Origin: Gloeobacterales cyanobacterium
Lineage (GTDB): Bacteria; Cyanobacteriota; Cyanobacteriia; Gloeobacterales; PMM-0068
Length of the DNA stretch: 64,000 nucleotides
NCBI GenBank assembly: GCA_038245785.1
Contig: JBBRSB010000007.1
Span: 32,001 to 96,000, forward strand
Direction of reading: 5' to 3'
Shown: positions 29,253 through 40,800 of the stretch, piece by piece
Layout: the number at the start of each line of letters is the position of its first letter
Position numbering within the stretch: the first letter of the stretch is position 1
The notes under the pieces: model-generated
The model's input: only the letters and a program-made list of their open reading frames with translations
Told to the model about the DNA's origin: nothing
The model's database searches: none
Position numbers and translations under genes: made by a program

Positions 29253-30977
29253 CTAAATTCCAAGAGGATTAGGCTGAGTCCCCGGCAGTGCCACTAGGTT
29301 TTGGCTTAGGGGGTCACTGTTGGGTATCCCTAGACTTTCGCTACCTGTGCCCAAGCCCTGCTGCCAGTTAAGGGAAGAAAGCGTGTTGGCCGTAACGCTA
29401 GCATCACTGCCAAAATCTTCCACTACCCCTGTAACGCGAGCGTCCCGTGGTCTAGCGAGCAGGAGCTGGCCCCCTTCGACATAGCTGCCGTTGAGCCCAG
29501 CCTTGCCTGTGACGGTGTGAGCCTGAACAGCAAACAGGTAAGAAGTATCGTCTGCTTCGATAATTCCAGAAGTTTCCCATTCACCGCGTGCAGGGCCATT
29601 GAACTGTTTTCCTGCCGCGTTTTCATCAATCTCGATAATACGAGTAAGCGCCCCGGTAGCGATTTCATAGCGCCAGATAGAACCCTCGCGGCCTTCGGCG
29701 GCTAGGAGTTCACCTCCGAAAGCGGTTTCATCTTCCTGAAACAGAACATTCCCTGCCCGGTCTACCAGGACGTTGTCATAGCTGACACCCGTGCCGGGTC
29801 CCCCTTTGAGTACCAGCTCAAAATTATCGATCGAGCCCGTGGGGTCATGGGGATTAAGACTGAAACGATAGAGCCGACCGTAAGGATTTTCAGCCTCACT
29901 GGCAACTTTGGCATCATCGGTAGTGTCCCTGGGGTTACCGCCTAATTTCTCCTTGGTCCCCGTGGTGTTGAAATAAAAAGTTCCAGGATTACTGGGGTCT
30001 TCGGCAATGTCCTCAAGACGCTGGAAATTGGTGGATTTCCCAGCAGCATTAACGAACGTACTCAAGGCATCGCCGGTTGCCAGAGGTTTACCATCTGGAC
30101 CAAATACAGCCGATTTATCAACCTTGACCCATTGAGCAGATTTGGGAATCCCTTTATCAATTTGTCCTTCAAAATCTATCCCATCGACTCGGAGCGCGTA
30201 CAAATCACCGTTCTTGAAACCATTGGGGTCGTCTGCTGTCTTGGTCCCCACCCACATGTAGAGTTCGCCATCGGCATTGTCTTCAGTGGATAGCAGCACC
30301 GTCTTATCCGCATTGGTAGCCCGATATTGGCTAGCAGCAAGCACATTCTCTTTGGCAAAACGGCCCAGGCCCTCTAGGGCTTGGGCTGTACCATCGGGGG
30401 TAATGGCCCATCCTCGGCTCTTGGAGTCCGTTTCTTCTGCAGTGAAGAATACTGGAACCTCCTCACCGCTGGCATCAACAAAGCCATTTTGGGCGAGATA
30501 AGCGGAGCAGAAGCGCGTAAAGCTTAAAGCGGACCCTCCTGGACCAACATACTGTCCACTTTTCGTATCTAAAGAATAGGTTCCGGTGCTGTCTACAGCC
30601 CGTTCGATCAAGTTCTTACCGCCTATGGCGTTCCAGTCTTCATCAAAAACCAGGAGCGATACGCGGGCTCCCTGAATTTGACCCGGAACCGTGCTTGAAA
30701 TATCACTGGTAGTAGGAGCCCCGGAGCTGTTCACCGCCGAAATTTCATGATTTAAAAAAACGTAGTTAAAACCATTAGCTTTATAAACGCCCATGCCGTC
30801 AGGAATCCCAGCCAGAGCATAGGTTTTTGTCGCACTAACGGTAGGGTTCGACAAGTCACCTTCAAGCAGAGGGACTTCATCGCCGACTGTGAGCAATGGA
30901 GTTAAATCAAAACCATCACCATCTGCAGTACTCGTAGTGTAGGGAGCCGCAGTAGACTTACCGTTAACGACAGCCAT
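29253..30977 (-). CDS. PhoX/DUF839-like alkaline phosphatase (no signal peptide)
   Basis: [57 protein letters not shown]. Confidence 0.8.
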   Translation of the reverse strand: MAVVNGKSTAAPYTTSTADGDGFDLTPLLTVGDEVPLLEGDLSNPTVSATKTYALAGIPDGMGVYKANGFNYVFLNHEISAVNSSGAPTTSDISSTVPGQIQGARVSLLVFDEDWNAIGGKNLIERAVDSTGTYSLDTKSGQYVGPGGSALSFTRFCSAYLAQNGFVDASGEEVPVFFTAEETDSKSRGWAITPDGTAQALEGLGRFAKENVLAASQYRATNADKTVLLSTEDNADGELYMWVGTKTADDPNGFKNGDLYALRVDGIDFEGQIDKGIPKSAQWVKVDKSAVFGPDGKPLATGDALSTFVNAAGKSTNFQRLEDIAEDPSNPGTFYFNTTGTKEKLGGNPRDTTDDAKVASEAENPYGRLYRFSLNPHDPTGSIDNFELVLKGGPGTGVSYDNVLVDRAGNVLFQEDETAFGGELLAAEGREGSIWRYEIATGALTRIIEIDENAAGKQFNGPARGEWETSGIIEADDTSYLFAVQAHTVTGKAGLNGSYVEGGQLLLARPRDARVTGVVEDFGSDASVTANTLSSLNWQQGLGTGSESLGIPNSDPLSQNLVALPGTQPNPLGI

Positions 30978-31059
30978 ACAATTTCATCTCCAATATTTCT
31001 GTTTGCTTATTTAATTGAGAAGAAGAGCTCACCTTGCCAAGAGGTAGCGTCTCACCCCA

Positions 31060-31089
31060 TGGTTAAGGCAAGGCTATTTAAACTTTAAG
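31060..31089 (-). promoter_or_regulatory. Pho box-like motif (SphR/PhoB)
   Basis: Minus strand CTTAAAGT-tta-AATAGCCT-tgc-CTTAACCA: three 8-mers with 11-bp period, upstream of the phosphatase cluster. Confidence 0.6.
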
Positions 31090-31157
31090 AAGCCAATAAG
31101 AAGTAGCTAAATTTTTTATGAAATAAAAAAGCCTTAAAAGTTAAAATCTCCCCTCTA

Positions 31158-31290
31158 GCCCCCCTGCCCCCCAACTTTGGGGGGTTCTGACTCAAAGTCC
31201 CCCTTAGCTTGCTTCTCGTTGGCGTTCGCGTAGCGTCTCTGTAAGAGACAGCCTGCCGGAGGCACAGAGTAAGTTGGGGGATTAGGGAGC
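31158..31290. repeat. Double-hairpin repeat (family A) carrying an inserted mini-element
   Basis: Aligns to the reverse complement of 9336-9404, with extra sequence (including 31221-31263) in the second hairpin loop. Confidence 0.8.
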
Positions 31291-31341
31291 GCATACTAGC
31301 AATGCTGCTGAGAGCTTAAAGTTACTTTTTTGCTAGGGGAG

Positions 31342-33264
31342 CTACTCCTGTACCAACACCATTTCTCTCCTCCGTCTTTCTGCTTCCAAATAGACGAGAA
31401 GAGCATTGACATCGGCTGGATTCACTCCACCAATGCGACTTGCTTGACCAATCGTTTGAGGGCGAATTTTAGTTAGCTTTTCGCGGGATTCTTTGGAGAG
31501 AAATTCTAGTTTTTGGTAATCTAAAGTATAGGGAATTTTCTGATTAGCATGTTTACTTAATTGTTCAATCTGGCGATTTTGGCGGTTAATATAGCCTTCA
31601 TACTTAATAGCAATTTCCGCTCCTTCTCGGATCGCTTGGTCTAGCCCAGGCAGGCTGTACCATTCTTGGGGAGTCGAAAGGCCAGAGGCTTCTAAGATTT
31701 CGTAGTGCACTCCAGGGCGGCGCAAGAGATCCGCTAAAGACATCCCCGGCTTGAATCCTTCTTTGGTCATTTCTGTGAATTTTTGACCAGCGATCGATTG
31801 ATCCTGGACCCGGATGGTCTGTAAGCGCTGGATTTCCTCGCCAATGGACCGATATTTATCCGTGAACAACTGCCAACGGCGGTCATCAATCAGACCAATC
31901 TCATGACCGATGGGCGTTAAGCGCTGGTCCGCATTATCGGAACGGAGAACCAAACGGTATTCTGAACGAGAAGTAAGCATCCGGTATGGTTCACGGATTT
32001 CCTTCGTCACTAGATCGTCAAGGAGGGTGCCGATGTAAGAACTTTCACGAGACAGGTGCAGCAATTCCTTGCCGTGCACCAAGCGAGCCGCATTGATGCC
32101 GCCGATGATTCCTTGAGCTGCCGCTTCTTCATAACCTGTGGTGCCATTTACCTGACCAGCACAGAACAATCCTTCCACCCGTTTGGTCATCAAGGTTGGA
32201 AAGCATTGGGTCGCTGGAATATAGTCATACTCCACCGCATAGGCAGGACGCAGCATCACACAGTTTTCCATCCCTGGCAAAGTCTGGAGCATTTTTAGCT
32301 GGACCGATTCGGGCAGACTGGTGGAAAAGCCTTGGACATAGAGTTCTGGGGTGTCTCTACCCTCCGGTTCGATAAAAATCTGGTGGGATTCCTTATCGGC
32401 AAAGCGGACAATCTTATCTTCAATACTGGGACAATAGCGGGGACCTTTAGCATCGATATCACCGCTAAACATCGGGGACAAATGCAGATTTTCCCTAATC
32501 ACCTGATGGGTCGCTGCCGTCGTATGGGTGAGATAACAGTTCATCTGCTCCCGCTCAACCCAAGCTTCCGGGTCAAAGCTAAACCAGCGCACCATGGCAT
32601 CGGGCGGTTGCTCTTCCATTACCGAAAAGTCTACGGTTCGGCGGTCTACCCGCGCAGGCGTTCCTGTTTTGAGACGTCCGGTTTCAAAGCCCAAATCATG
32701 CAGCTGTTGGGTGAGACCAAGGGCAGGAAATTCTCCAGCCCGCCCCGCATCCATCGATTTGCGTCCAATCCAAATCTTGCCTTGGAGAAAAGTGCCTGTG
32801 GTGAGCACCACAGAGCGGCAACGAATATCGACACCAAAATAGGTGCCCAACCCTTCAACCGCTTCGTTCTCATCCATATATAGGTCCGTGACCATACCCT
32901 GACGGACGGTGAGATTCGGAGTGCTTTCTAAGACCCGTTTCATCACCCGCGAGTATTCCAACTTATCCGTCTGAGCCCGCAAGGCCCATACCGCAGGCCC
33001 ACGGGAACTATTGAGAATTCTCTTTTGCAAGTAGCAACGGTCGGCCATTTTACCGATTTCACCGCCCAGGGCATCTACTTCATGCACCAACTGGGATTTG
33101 GCAGGACCACCAACCGCTGGATTACAGGGTTGCCAAGCCATAGTGTCCAAGTTCATCGTCATCAGCAGCGTGCGGCAACCAAGCCGAGCAGATGCTAGGG
33201 CCGCCTCACAGCCAGCATGTCCGGCCCCTACAATGACTACGTCAAATTTGTACAAGTATTCCAT
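31342..33264 (-). CDS. mnmG: tRNA uridine-5-carboxymethylaminomethyl(34) synthesis enzyme MnmG
   Basis: [56 protein letters not shown]. Confidence 0.98.
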   Translation of the reverse strand: MEYLYKFDVVIVGAGHAGCEAALASARLGCRTLLMTMNLDTMAWQPCNPAVGGPAKSQLVHEVDALGGEIGKMADRCYLQKRILNSSRGPAVWALRAQTDKLEYSRVMKRVLESTPNLTVRQGMVTDLYMDENEAVEGLGTYFGVDIRCRSVVLTTGTFLQGKIWIGRKSMDAGRAGEFPALGLTQQLHDLGFETGRLKTGTPARVDRRTVDFSVMEEQPPDAMVRWFSFDPEAWVEREQMNCYLTHTTAATHQVIRENLHLSPMFSGDIDAKGPRYCPSIEDKIVRFADKESHQIFIEPEGRDTPELYVQGFSTSLPESVQLKMLQTLPGMENCVMLRPAYAVEYDYIPATQCFPTLMTKRVEGLFCAGQVNGTTGYEEAAAQGIIGGINAARLVHGKELLHLSRESSYIGTLLDDLVTKEIREPYRMLTSRSEYRLVLRSDNADQRLTPIGHEIGLIDDRRWQLFTDKYRSIGEEIQRLQTIRVQDQSIAGQKFTEMTKEGFKPGMSLADLLRRPGVHYEILEASGLSTPQEWYSLPGLDQAIREGAEIAIKYEGYINRQNRQIEQLSKHANQKIPYTLDYQKLEFLSKESREKLTKIRPQTIGQASRIGGVNPADVNALLVYLEAERRRREMVLVQE

Positions 33265-33335
33265 AGCTTGATTTTATGCGTTTAGAGTTCTGCTTTGCGA
33301 GATAATACGGTCTGTTTCCCCCATGGTTATATAGG

Positions 33336-34013
33336 ATGCGTGTTTCCTTCTTGGCGTTGCCTCTCATTTTTCTATTAGGAGCTTGTGGCAAAGCCATCAT
33401 CTCAGAGGAACCGAAAGAAGTAGAACCAGTCACCTATACACCCGGTAAATCCGTTAGTTTCAACCAAGACCCTAATAGCTATTTCTTGCTCAAATCCGAT
33501 GGCACGCCCTTTAAAGATGCTGCAGGGAAAGAAGCAAAAAGCCTGACAGTCGGGGAATACACCACTAAACTGAATGTTAGTGTCCTTCAATTTAGTGCAA
33601 CGGGTGCGACTACGCCAGAAGAGAAGGCCCCCCGCTACGCTTTGCGCGTTGTGCTCAAACCGGTAGCGACCAATCATGCCCTGAGTTCCGACCCACAATC
33701 GGTTTTCCTCGATGCCGATGGCAAAGGATTGCAGTTTCCCTTTGACTATGACGTCACCACCTTCCGCGACGCCACAGGCAAACAAGAAAATATTGACGTT
33801 GAACTAAAGCCCCAAGGAATCAAAAAGATTTTGGCCGCTAAAGAAATAGCCTTGAAAGTACGTTTATTTTCAGAACCGATGGCCACCGCTGGAGAATGTA
33901 CCAAGGCGGCTGCAGGCTCAGCCAAGCAGTTATCCTGCAAAAATCCCTATACGGGTCAAAAACTGACGGCCAAGAATTTACAGAGTTTGCAGGCGTTTGT
34001 CTCAGGGAAATAA
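33336..34013 (+). CDS. Hypothetical lipoprotein
   Basis: Signal peptide with lipobox LLGAC. Confidence 0.7.
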   Translation: MRVSFLALPLIFLLGACGKAIISEEPKEVEPVTYTPGKSVSFNQDPNSYFLLKSDGTPFKDAAGKEAKSLTVGEYTTKLNVSVLQFSATGATTPEEKAPRYALRVVLKPVATNHALSSDPQSVFLDADGKGLQFPFDYDVTTFRDATGKQENIDVELKPQGIKKILAAKEIALKVRLFSEPMATAGECTKAAAGSAKQLSCKNPYTGQKLTAKNLQSLQAFVSGK

Positions 34014-34042
34014 TAGGTGGGCCTTGGGCAGTCCTCAAAAAT

Positions 34043-34069
34043 GAGGCCCCTGGGAAAAACAGGGGCCTC
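34043..34069. terminator. Hairpin between convergent genes
   Basis: GAGGCCCCTG-N7-CAGGGGCCTC, a perfect 10-bp stem. Confidence 0.7.
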
Positions 34070-34087
34070 TGTCATTGGATTGTTCAC

Positions 34088-34768
34088 TTAGTTAGTAAGA
34101 CCCCTACCCTTATTCTTAGACCCCACACTAACCGCGAGTCGTGCTAATACATTCTCCACTCCCCTGCGCGCTTGTGTCAGATGAATCAGGTCGTTCGACA
34201 TGACAAAGAAGAAATTCGCAGACAAGAGCATAGCCTCGATTTCAAAAACTGCCTGATCCACTTCCGCCTTGGAATCTATTTCTCCGATTTCTTGCGCTTC
34301 AAGAATGCATTGCCCCAATAATGAAAGCCATCTGGCTATCACCTCAAAGACCCGATCGCGGGCTCGACCGGGGCGCGTGTCAAGTTCCGCAGCGACCGAA
34401 GCAAAAAAACACCCACCCGGAAAAACTCTGCGTTCGAGATGGGAAAGGTAGGCATCAGCCGCAGCCCTGAGCCGCTCAGTTCCCCCGTTTGCTCTCATCG
34501 CAGGTTGAAGCACTTCATGATCAAAAATTACTGCCGCCGTTTCGATCATCGCTAGCTCCAATTCTTCTTTGTCTTTGAAATGGGCATAGAGACCACTCTT
34601 GCTCATGCCTACCTCAGCAGCCAGATCTCCTAACGACAAGCCACTCAGCCCCTTTATGGTAGCCAGCCTCGTAGCAGTAAGCAGAATGGCCTCGCGGCTA
34701 TTCTGCCCTTTCGATCTGCGAGGCTCTTTTCCTTCCAAGCTATTTTTTGATGACGAAACATTACTCAT
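34088..34768 (-). CDS. TetR/AcrR family transcriptional regulator
   Basis: LSLGDLAAEVGMSKSGLYAHFKDKEEL HTH and GGCFF C-domain. Start moved to 34768. Confidence 0.92.
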   Translation of the reverse strand: MSNVSSSKNSLEGKEPRRSKGQNSREAILLTATRLATIKGLSGLSLGDLAAEVGMSKSGLYAHFKDKEELELAMIETAAVIFDHEVLQPAMRANGGTERLRAAADAYLSHLERRVFPGGCFFASVAAELDTRPGRARDRVFEVIARWLSLLGQCILEAQEIGEIDSKAEVDQAVFEIEAMLLSANFFFVMSNDLIHLTQARRGVENVLARLAVSVGSKNKGRGLTN

Positions 34769-34771
34769 ATC

Positions 34772-34828
34772 TTGACAATAGCACGAACGGTCGTCATAAT
34801 CCAAGCAGGCAATAAAACGACCGTTCGT
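34772..34828 (+). promoter_or_regulatory. Sigma70 promoter with two TetR-type operators
   Basis: TTGACA(34772)-17 bp-CATAAT(34795). ACGAACGGTCGT (34783) and its exact reverse complement ACGACCGTTCGT (34817). Confidence 0.8.
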
Positions 34829-34896
34829 TTTTATGTACTTCCCTTAATGCTAAACAGACTGGAGAAAATCCAGAACCAACAAAGGAGGACTGAGAA

Positions 34897-35247
34897 ATGG
34901 CTTCGACGAAAGACGTGCTAGACCACCACTTAAAGTGCTTTGGTGAGAGCGACCTTAAGGGCATCCTCTCTGACTATGCGCCGGGTGCCGTCCTGTTTAC
35001 GCTGGACGGACCGCTCAAGGGAGCCGACGCGATTAGGCCGTTGTTCCAGGTGATGATTGCGGAGTTTGGAAAACCTGGCGCATCGTTCAGCATGAAGCAG
35101 CAGTTCGTCGAGGGCGACTATGCTTACATTCTGTGGACCGCAGAGACTGCCGATAACGTCTACGAGGTAGCCACGGACACGTTCGTTGTGCGGGATAGCA
35201 AGATCGTGGCCCAGTCCTTCACTGGCAAGATTACGCCCAAGGGCTGA
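34897..35247 (+). CDS. SnoaL/NTF2-like family protein
   Basis: DLKGILSDYAPGAVL...ATDTFVVRDSKIVAQ. AAGGAGG RBS. Confidence 0.85.
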   Translation: MASTKDVLDHHLKCFGESDLKGILSDYAPGAVLFTLDGPLKGADAIRPLFQVMIAEFGKPGASFSMKQQFVEGDYAYILWTAETADNVYEVATDTFVVRDSKIVAQSFTGKITPKG

Positions 35248-35334
35248 AAACACGCCTTCATTCCTAGAGGCCGCCCAACAATGCCTTGCAGCTGATTTAT
35301 GAATCATTTTTAAAAAGAAGTAGGGAGAAATACG

Positions 35335-36717
35335 ATGACAACGCTACTGAAAGAGACGATTGAGGGACTGAAGACCCAGGTGAAGGGTCATGTGCTGCTT
35401 ACTGATGATCCAAATTATGACGAAGTTCGCGAAATATGGAATGCGATGATCGATCGACGGCCTGCCGTCATTGTCCAGTGTGCAAAAGCCGATGACGTTC
35501 CCCCTATAATCACGTTTGCGAGAGAGAACGGGCTCGAAATCTCCATCAGGGGAGCTGGGCATAACATCGCGGGGAACGCTCTATGTGATAACGGTGTAAT
35601 GATTGATCTTTCAACCATGACAAATGTCCGCATTGATGCTCAGAACAGGCGTGCGTATGTCGAACCAGGTGCCACACTGGCTGATTTTGATAAAGCGGCA
35701 CAGGCACATGGATTAGCTACTCCAGTGGGAATCAATTCCACGACGGGTATAGCCGGTCTTACCCTGGGGGGCGGTTTCGGCTGGTTGACCCGTAAGTATG
35801 GACTGACGATCGACAATCTTGTCTCTGCGGAAGTGATCACAGCGGACGGGAATAAGATACGAGCAGGCGAAAATGAAAACACTGACCTTTTTTGGGCGAT
35901 TCGGGGGGGCGGCGGTAACTTTGGGATAGTAACTGAGTTCGAATTCGAGCTCCATCCTGTGGGCCCTGAAATATTGGCTGGATTGATCGTTTTTCCATTT
36001 AGCCAGGCCAAACAGGTGCTGACCCAGTATCGGAAATTTGCTGAATCCGCTCCCGAGGAGCTCAACGTGTGGGTAGTGCTTCGCAAGGCTCCGCCCCTGC
36101 CTTTTCTGCCTGAGAGTGTACATGGCCAAGAGGTCGTTGTACTAGCAGTCTTTTATGCAGGCGACATTGTAGAGGGGGAGAAACTGATTGAGCCGCTGCG
36201 CCGTTTTGGCGACGCCTATGGCGAACACATCGGTGCTCAGCCATACGTAGCGTGGCAGCAAGCTTTTGACCCCTTGCTTACACGCGGTGCGAGGAACTAC
36301 TGGAAATCTCATAATTTCACAGAGTTACAGGATGGTGCACTGGATGCAATCGTGGAATTCGCAGCCAAGCTACCCTCGTCACAGTGCGAAATCTTCATGG
36401 GATTCATTGCAGGGGCATCCAACCGCGTCTCGCCAGAGGCCATGGCCTATTTTCATCGGGATGCGAAGTTTGTGCTTAACGTTCACGGACGATGGGATGA
36501 TGCAGCGCACGATGCAACAGGGATTGCGTGGGCACGCGAGTTTTTCCAAGCTTCTGCACCCTATGCATCTGCGGGTGCCTATGTGAACTTCATGACCGAA
36601 GAGGAAGGCGGTCGCATCGCGGCGGCTTACGGAGCTAACTACGATCGCTTGATACAGATCAAGAAGCGCTACGATCCCGAGAACATTTTCCATCTAAATC
36701 AGAACATCAAACCCTGA
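35335..36717 (+). CDS. FAD-binding oxidoreductase (berberine bridge enzyme-like)
   Basis: IRGAGHNIAG, GLTLGGGFGWL, DLFWAIRGGGGNFGIVT, KKRYDPENIFHLNQNI. Confidence 0.93.
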   Translation: MTTLLKETIEGLKTQVKGHVLLTDDPNYDEVREIWNAMIDRRPAVIVQCAKADDVPPIITFARENGLEISIRGAGHNIAGNALCDNGVMIDLSTMTNVRIDAQNRRAYVEPGATLADFDKAAQAHGLATPVGINSTTGIAGLTLGGGFGWLTRKYGLTIDNLVSAEVITADGNKIRAGENENTDLFWAIRGGGGNFGIVTEFEFELHPVGPEILAGLIVFPFSQAKQVLTQYRKFAESAPEELNVWVVLRKAPPLPFLPESVHGQEVVVLAVFYAGDIVEGEKLIEPLRRFGDAYGEHIGAQPYVAWQQAFDPLLTRGARNYWKSHNFTELQDGALDAIVEFAAKLPSSQCEIFMGFIAGASNRVSPEAMAYFHRDAKFVLNVHGRWDDAAHDATGIAWAREFFQASAPYASAGAYVNFMTEEEGGRIAAAYGANYDRLIQIKKRYDPENIFHLNQNIKP

Positions 36718-36734
36718 GCTGGCTTAGATCAAAC

Positions 36735-36770
36735 AGAAAACCCGCAGAAACTAAATCCTACGGGTTTTCT
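36735..36770. terminator. Putative bidirectional terminator
   Basis: AGAAAACCCG...CGGGTTTTCT inverted repeat between convergent genes. Confidence 0.7.
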
Positions 36771-36796
36771 CTAAGTAGCCAGATGGAATACAGAAC

Positions 36797-36841
36797 ACCC
36801 CCTATAGTCCCCCTTTGAGGGGGACGGCGATAGCCGGGGGT
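36797..36841. repeat. Hairpin repeat (family B, empty copy)
   Basis: CCTATAGTCCCCCTTTGAGGGGGACGGCGATAGCCGGGGG; related to 41287-41378. Confidence 0.8.
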
Positions 36842-36855
36842 AGTTCAAAGAACGT

Positions 36856-37683
36856 CTACTTGAGGTTCAGTTGCGACTTGAAATTATCAAACTGCTTTTG
36901 AGTCAAGACTTTCTTCGCCACTAAATCATCCAAGGACTTATAGGGACGACCATCCACGATCTTCTTAGCGGTCACAGGGCCAATGCCTTTGACCTGCTGG
37001 AGGTCCTTTAAGGACTCCGTATTGACACTGATGATGGCAGTCGTGGACTTCTTCGTAGTTCCCTCAGTAGTTGCTTTGTCAGTGCCTGTTGCAGGAGCAG
37101 CCATAGCGGGAGCTGACTTCGAACCTTTTTCTGTTGTCGCTGGCTCCAGGGTTGTATTTTCTTTATCTTTGACGAGGGGAGCATCCGCCGGAGCTGTGGT
37201 TGCCTCGGCAGGTTTTTTAGTTCCTTTCTCGGATCCTTTCTCTTCCTTCATTGCCTTCTCGGGCGCAGGCGTAGTCGCGGTATCTTCAGCAGCCTTAGAT
37301 TTTCTGGTTTTTCTAGGTTTCTTCTCATCCGTAGAGCCCTTGGGGGTATCTGCAGCAGGAGTAGCAGAATCAGTTGCGGCAGGGGTAGCCGTAGCATCCT
37401 CTGTTTTCTTGATCTTTTTCGTTTTCTTGTCCGTAGAATCCTTCGAATCTTTCATTGCAGTACCTGAGTCTTTTGCAGGCTCAGTCGTGCTTGTTGCATC
37501 CGTGTTTTTCTCTTTACTTTTCTTAGTTCTAGTCTTCTTCGTTGTCTTACCTGCATCCTTCTCAGCAGCGGGAGCACTTGTGGCTGGCTTGTCGGGGGCT
37601 GCTACTGATTGAGCGATTACAGGCAGTGGCAAAAAAGTCGCCAAGGCAAGTAATAAAGCAGGGGCAAACTTCTTTAGGTTCAT
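36856..37683 (-). CDS. Secreted ComEA-like HhH DNA-binding protein with long Lys/Ala/Thr linker
   Basis: Sec signal MNLKK...VIAQ and C-terminal ISVNTES...VKGIGPVTAKKIVDGRPYKSLDDLV. Start moved to 37683. Confidence 0.85.
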   Translation of the reverse strand: MNLKKFAPALLLALATFLPLPVIAQSVAAPDKPATSAPAAEKDAGKTTKKTRTKKSKEKNTDATSTTEPAKDSGTAMKDSKDSTDKKTKKIKKTEDATATPAATDSATPAADTPKGSTDEKKPRKTRKSKAAEDTATTPAPEKAMKEEKGSEKGTKKPAEATTAPADAPLVKDKENTTLEPATTEKGSKSAPAMAAPATGTDKATTEGTTKKSTTAIISVNTESLKDLQQVKGIGPVTAKKIVDGRPYKSLDDLVAKKVLTQKQFDNFKSQLNLK

Positions 37684-37868
37684 ACCCATTCCTACACAAA
37701 AAGATACGCTGAAATATACCAAAGTTCGACATTTTATCCAAACAAAAAGACGACCATAGAGATGACACAACGGTGACACACACATATCAAATTTAGATGG
37801 CAAGGTTTAGATGACAAGATACAACTCACGGTCCTTGGGCACACTTCCCTCTAGATAGAAAATTCAGT

Positions 37869-40800
37869 ATGAACAAACTCCCTATTTTTCATGATCCTTC
37901 AGGCCAGCGCTGGCGTTGGATTTCCTCTCTTTCCGTCATAGTGGGAATCATCTCCGCCATACTCTTAACCAGCTTTACGGTGAGCCTCCTGACCACTCCC
38001 CCGCGAGCTTTGCTACCATTCAAACTAGCGCATGGTCCCCTAAAAGCCATTAATTTTGACACTTCAAAAGTAGAAATCTTCAATAGACACTTAGGCAAGT
38101 CTTCCATCGCAACTTATAAGAAGTTAGCATTTCCCAGTCCTTCCCCTGTTTCTGTTGGTTTCTATGTCAATTGGGATGATTCTTCCTATGCCTCTTTAGC
38201 AAAAAATATAAATTATTTAGATTGGCTGATTCCTGAATGGGTGCATTTGAAAACTGGAAAAAATTCTCTTAGTTACGACATCGACAAGAAGGTTATTGAT
38301 CTAGTTAAAAACAAGCAATCCAACATAAAGATATTGCCCCTTGTCAATAATTTTGAACAAGAAGAATGGAAATCAGAAGCATTAACACAGTGGATTGGCG
38401 ATGCCGAATCCCGCACTTTGCTTGTTGATAGACTTACCCAATTCGTTCAGAAAAACGGTTTTGACGGGCTAACGATCGATTTTGAGAATGTGCCCAAAGC
38501 AAGCCAGAAAGACTTGCTGGCATTCATGTCAGAGCTTCACCAAGTCTTTGCGGCCCATGACTGGCTCGTTGTTCAAAGTGTTCCCTTTAATGATCCTGAT
38601 TGGGTCCTGCCTCGCTACGCTGCCGTGACGGATGATCTGATTTTGATGGCCTACGACCAACACTACACTTCAGGGCAAGCAGGACCGATTGCTTCACAGG
38701 ACTGGTTCAATGACACCCTAGACCAGCAAATGAGCAAGTTGGATCCGGCGCATACAATCATTAGCTTGGGAAACTACGGCTATGACTGGAAAACAGATAA
38801 GCAAGGCCATACCGAGGGCAACGATGTAACGTACCAAGAAGCAATGCTAACTGCACGCGATTCAGAGGCATATATTCACTACGATGCAACGATGAATCCG
38901 CACTTCGCTTACGAAGAAGAAGGCGATGTTCACCATGTATGGTTTCTCGATGCTGTAACTGCCTACAATCAGGTGCAGGCCTCTAAGGACTATCATCCTG
39001 CGGGCTATGCACTATGGCGTATGGGTTCAGAAGACCCCTCAATCTGGCAGTTTTTTAGCCATCAAAATCTAGGAAATGTCCCGAATAAAGAACTCGTTTC
39101 TTCCCTCAAAGATATTCACTTTGACTACGATGTGGACTTTGAAGGTACAGGGGAAATCCTTCAAGTCGCAGCCTTACCTACACAGGGGAAGCGAAAGCTC
39201 TCAACCAATCAGGAAGGCTTAATTGAGCACGAATCCTATACAAAATATCCATCGGCCTATGTAATCCAACGCACCGGAAACCAAGATCCTAAGGCGGTTG
39301 CACTGACCTTTGACGACGGACCAGACCTCCAATGGACGCCTCAGGTGCTGGCCGTGCTTAAGCAGAAAAAAGTACCTGCCACCTTCTTTATTGTTGGTCA
39401 AAATGCCAATCGCGCCTCTTGGCTGCTCAATCAGATTGTTCGGGACGGTCATGAACTCGGAAATCACACCTACACCCATCCAAACCTTGGGGCAGTGCCC
39501 AATCAAGTTACAGATTTAGAGTTAACGGCCACGGAACGCCTGGTCGAAAGCGTCACCGGACATCAAATGCGGCTATGGCGTGCTCCCTACTTTGGAGACG
39601 CAGAACCTAAAATTCCTAGTGAAGTAGAACCGATTCTTGAAGCACAGCGCAAACTCAATTACATTGCCGTCGGTTTGAGAGTTGATCCTGATGATTGGGA
39701 TACAGACAACCCTAATCCTGAGCTGCGAGCCAATCCAGGAAATATTACCCAGCGGACCATAGAGGGGATTACGTCCAAAGATCCGGACCAGCGGGGGCAG
39801 ATTGTGCTGCTGCACGATAGTGGCGGCGACCGCTCGGCAACCATAGCAGCCCTGCCACGCATTATTGACGAACTCCAGGCACGCGGATATCACTTTGTCA
39901 CGGTTGGTGCCCTGGCTGGACTCACCCCAGATGTGGTTAGTCCCACGGTTCCTAAAGATAACAGCATCACCAACTTCAGCAATGCTGTGGTCTTCTATGC
40001 AGGCGAGATATCTCAATGGGCGCTCTATTGGATTTTCACCGCTGGCATCATTCTGGGAATTACACGCATTGTCTTCATCACCACGATTGCCATTCTCCAT
40101 CGGCGGCGAGCAACCCCTTCTTTCTCCCCTACGTATAAACCCTACGTTTCGATCGTGGTGCCAGCCTATCGCGAGGAGAAAGTGGTTAATCGCACGATCA
40201 GCACCTTGCTAGCCAGCGATTATGAAGGTGAATTTGAAATCATCATGGTGGATGATGGCTCTCCAGACCGGACCTTTGAAGTGGTCAAAGAACAATTCAA
40301 AAACCATCCACAAGTTAGGGTCTATCAGAAACTAAACGGAGGCAAAGCTTCTGCCCTGAACTACGGCATCGAAAAAGCAAAGGGCGAAATTATTATTGCC
40401 TTGGATGCCGATACCCTCTTTCCTAAAGATGCCGTCCGTTTGCTCGTTCGCCATTTTGAGGACCCAAACGTAGGAGCCGTGGCTGGAAATGCAAAAGTGG
40501 GCAACCGGATCAATCTCGTCACTCGTTGGCAAGCTCTTGAGTACATCATTAGCCAGAATCTAGACCGGAGAGCGTTCGACTTTTTCAACTGCATCACTGT
40601 AGTTCCGGGAGCAATCGGGGCCTGGCGCAAAATAGATGTCTTGGCCGCAGGCGGATTCAGTTCTGACACCTTGGCGGAAGATCAGGACCTGACGATTGCC
40701 ATTCGCAAAAGGGGACAGGTCATTGCCTATGAAGAAAAGGCTCTGTGCTATACAGAAGCGCCCGATACCCTCACGACCCTTGCCAAACAGCGGTATCGCT

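Noticed and set aside
36983..37612. 209-aa hydrophobic plus-strand ORF
   Set aside because: It is the antisense shadow of the low-complexity ComEA-like gene. Other short ORFs nested antisense or out of frame in long genes were dismissed for the same reason.
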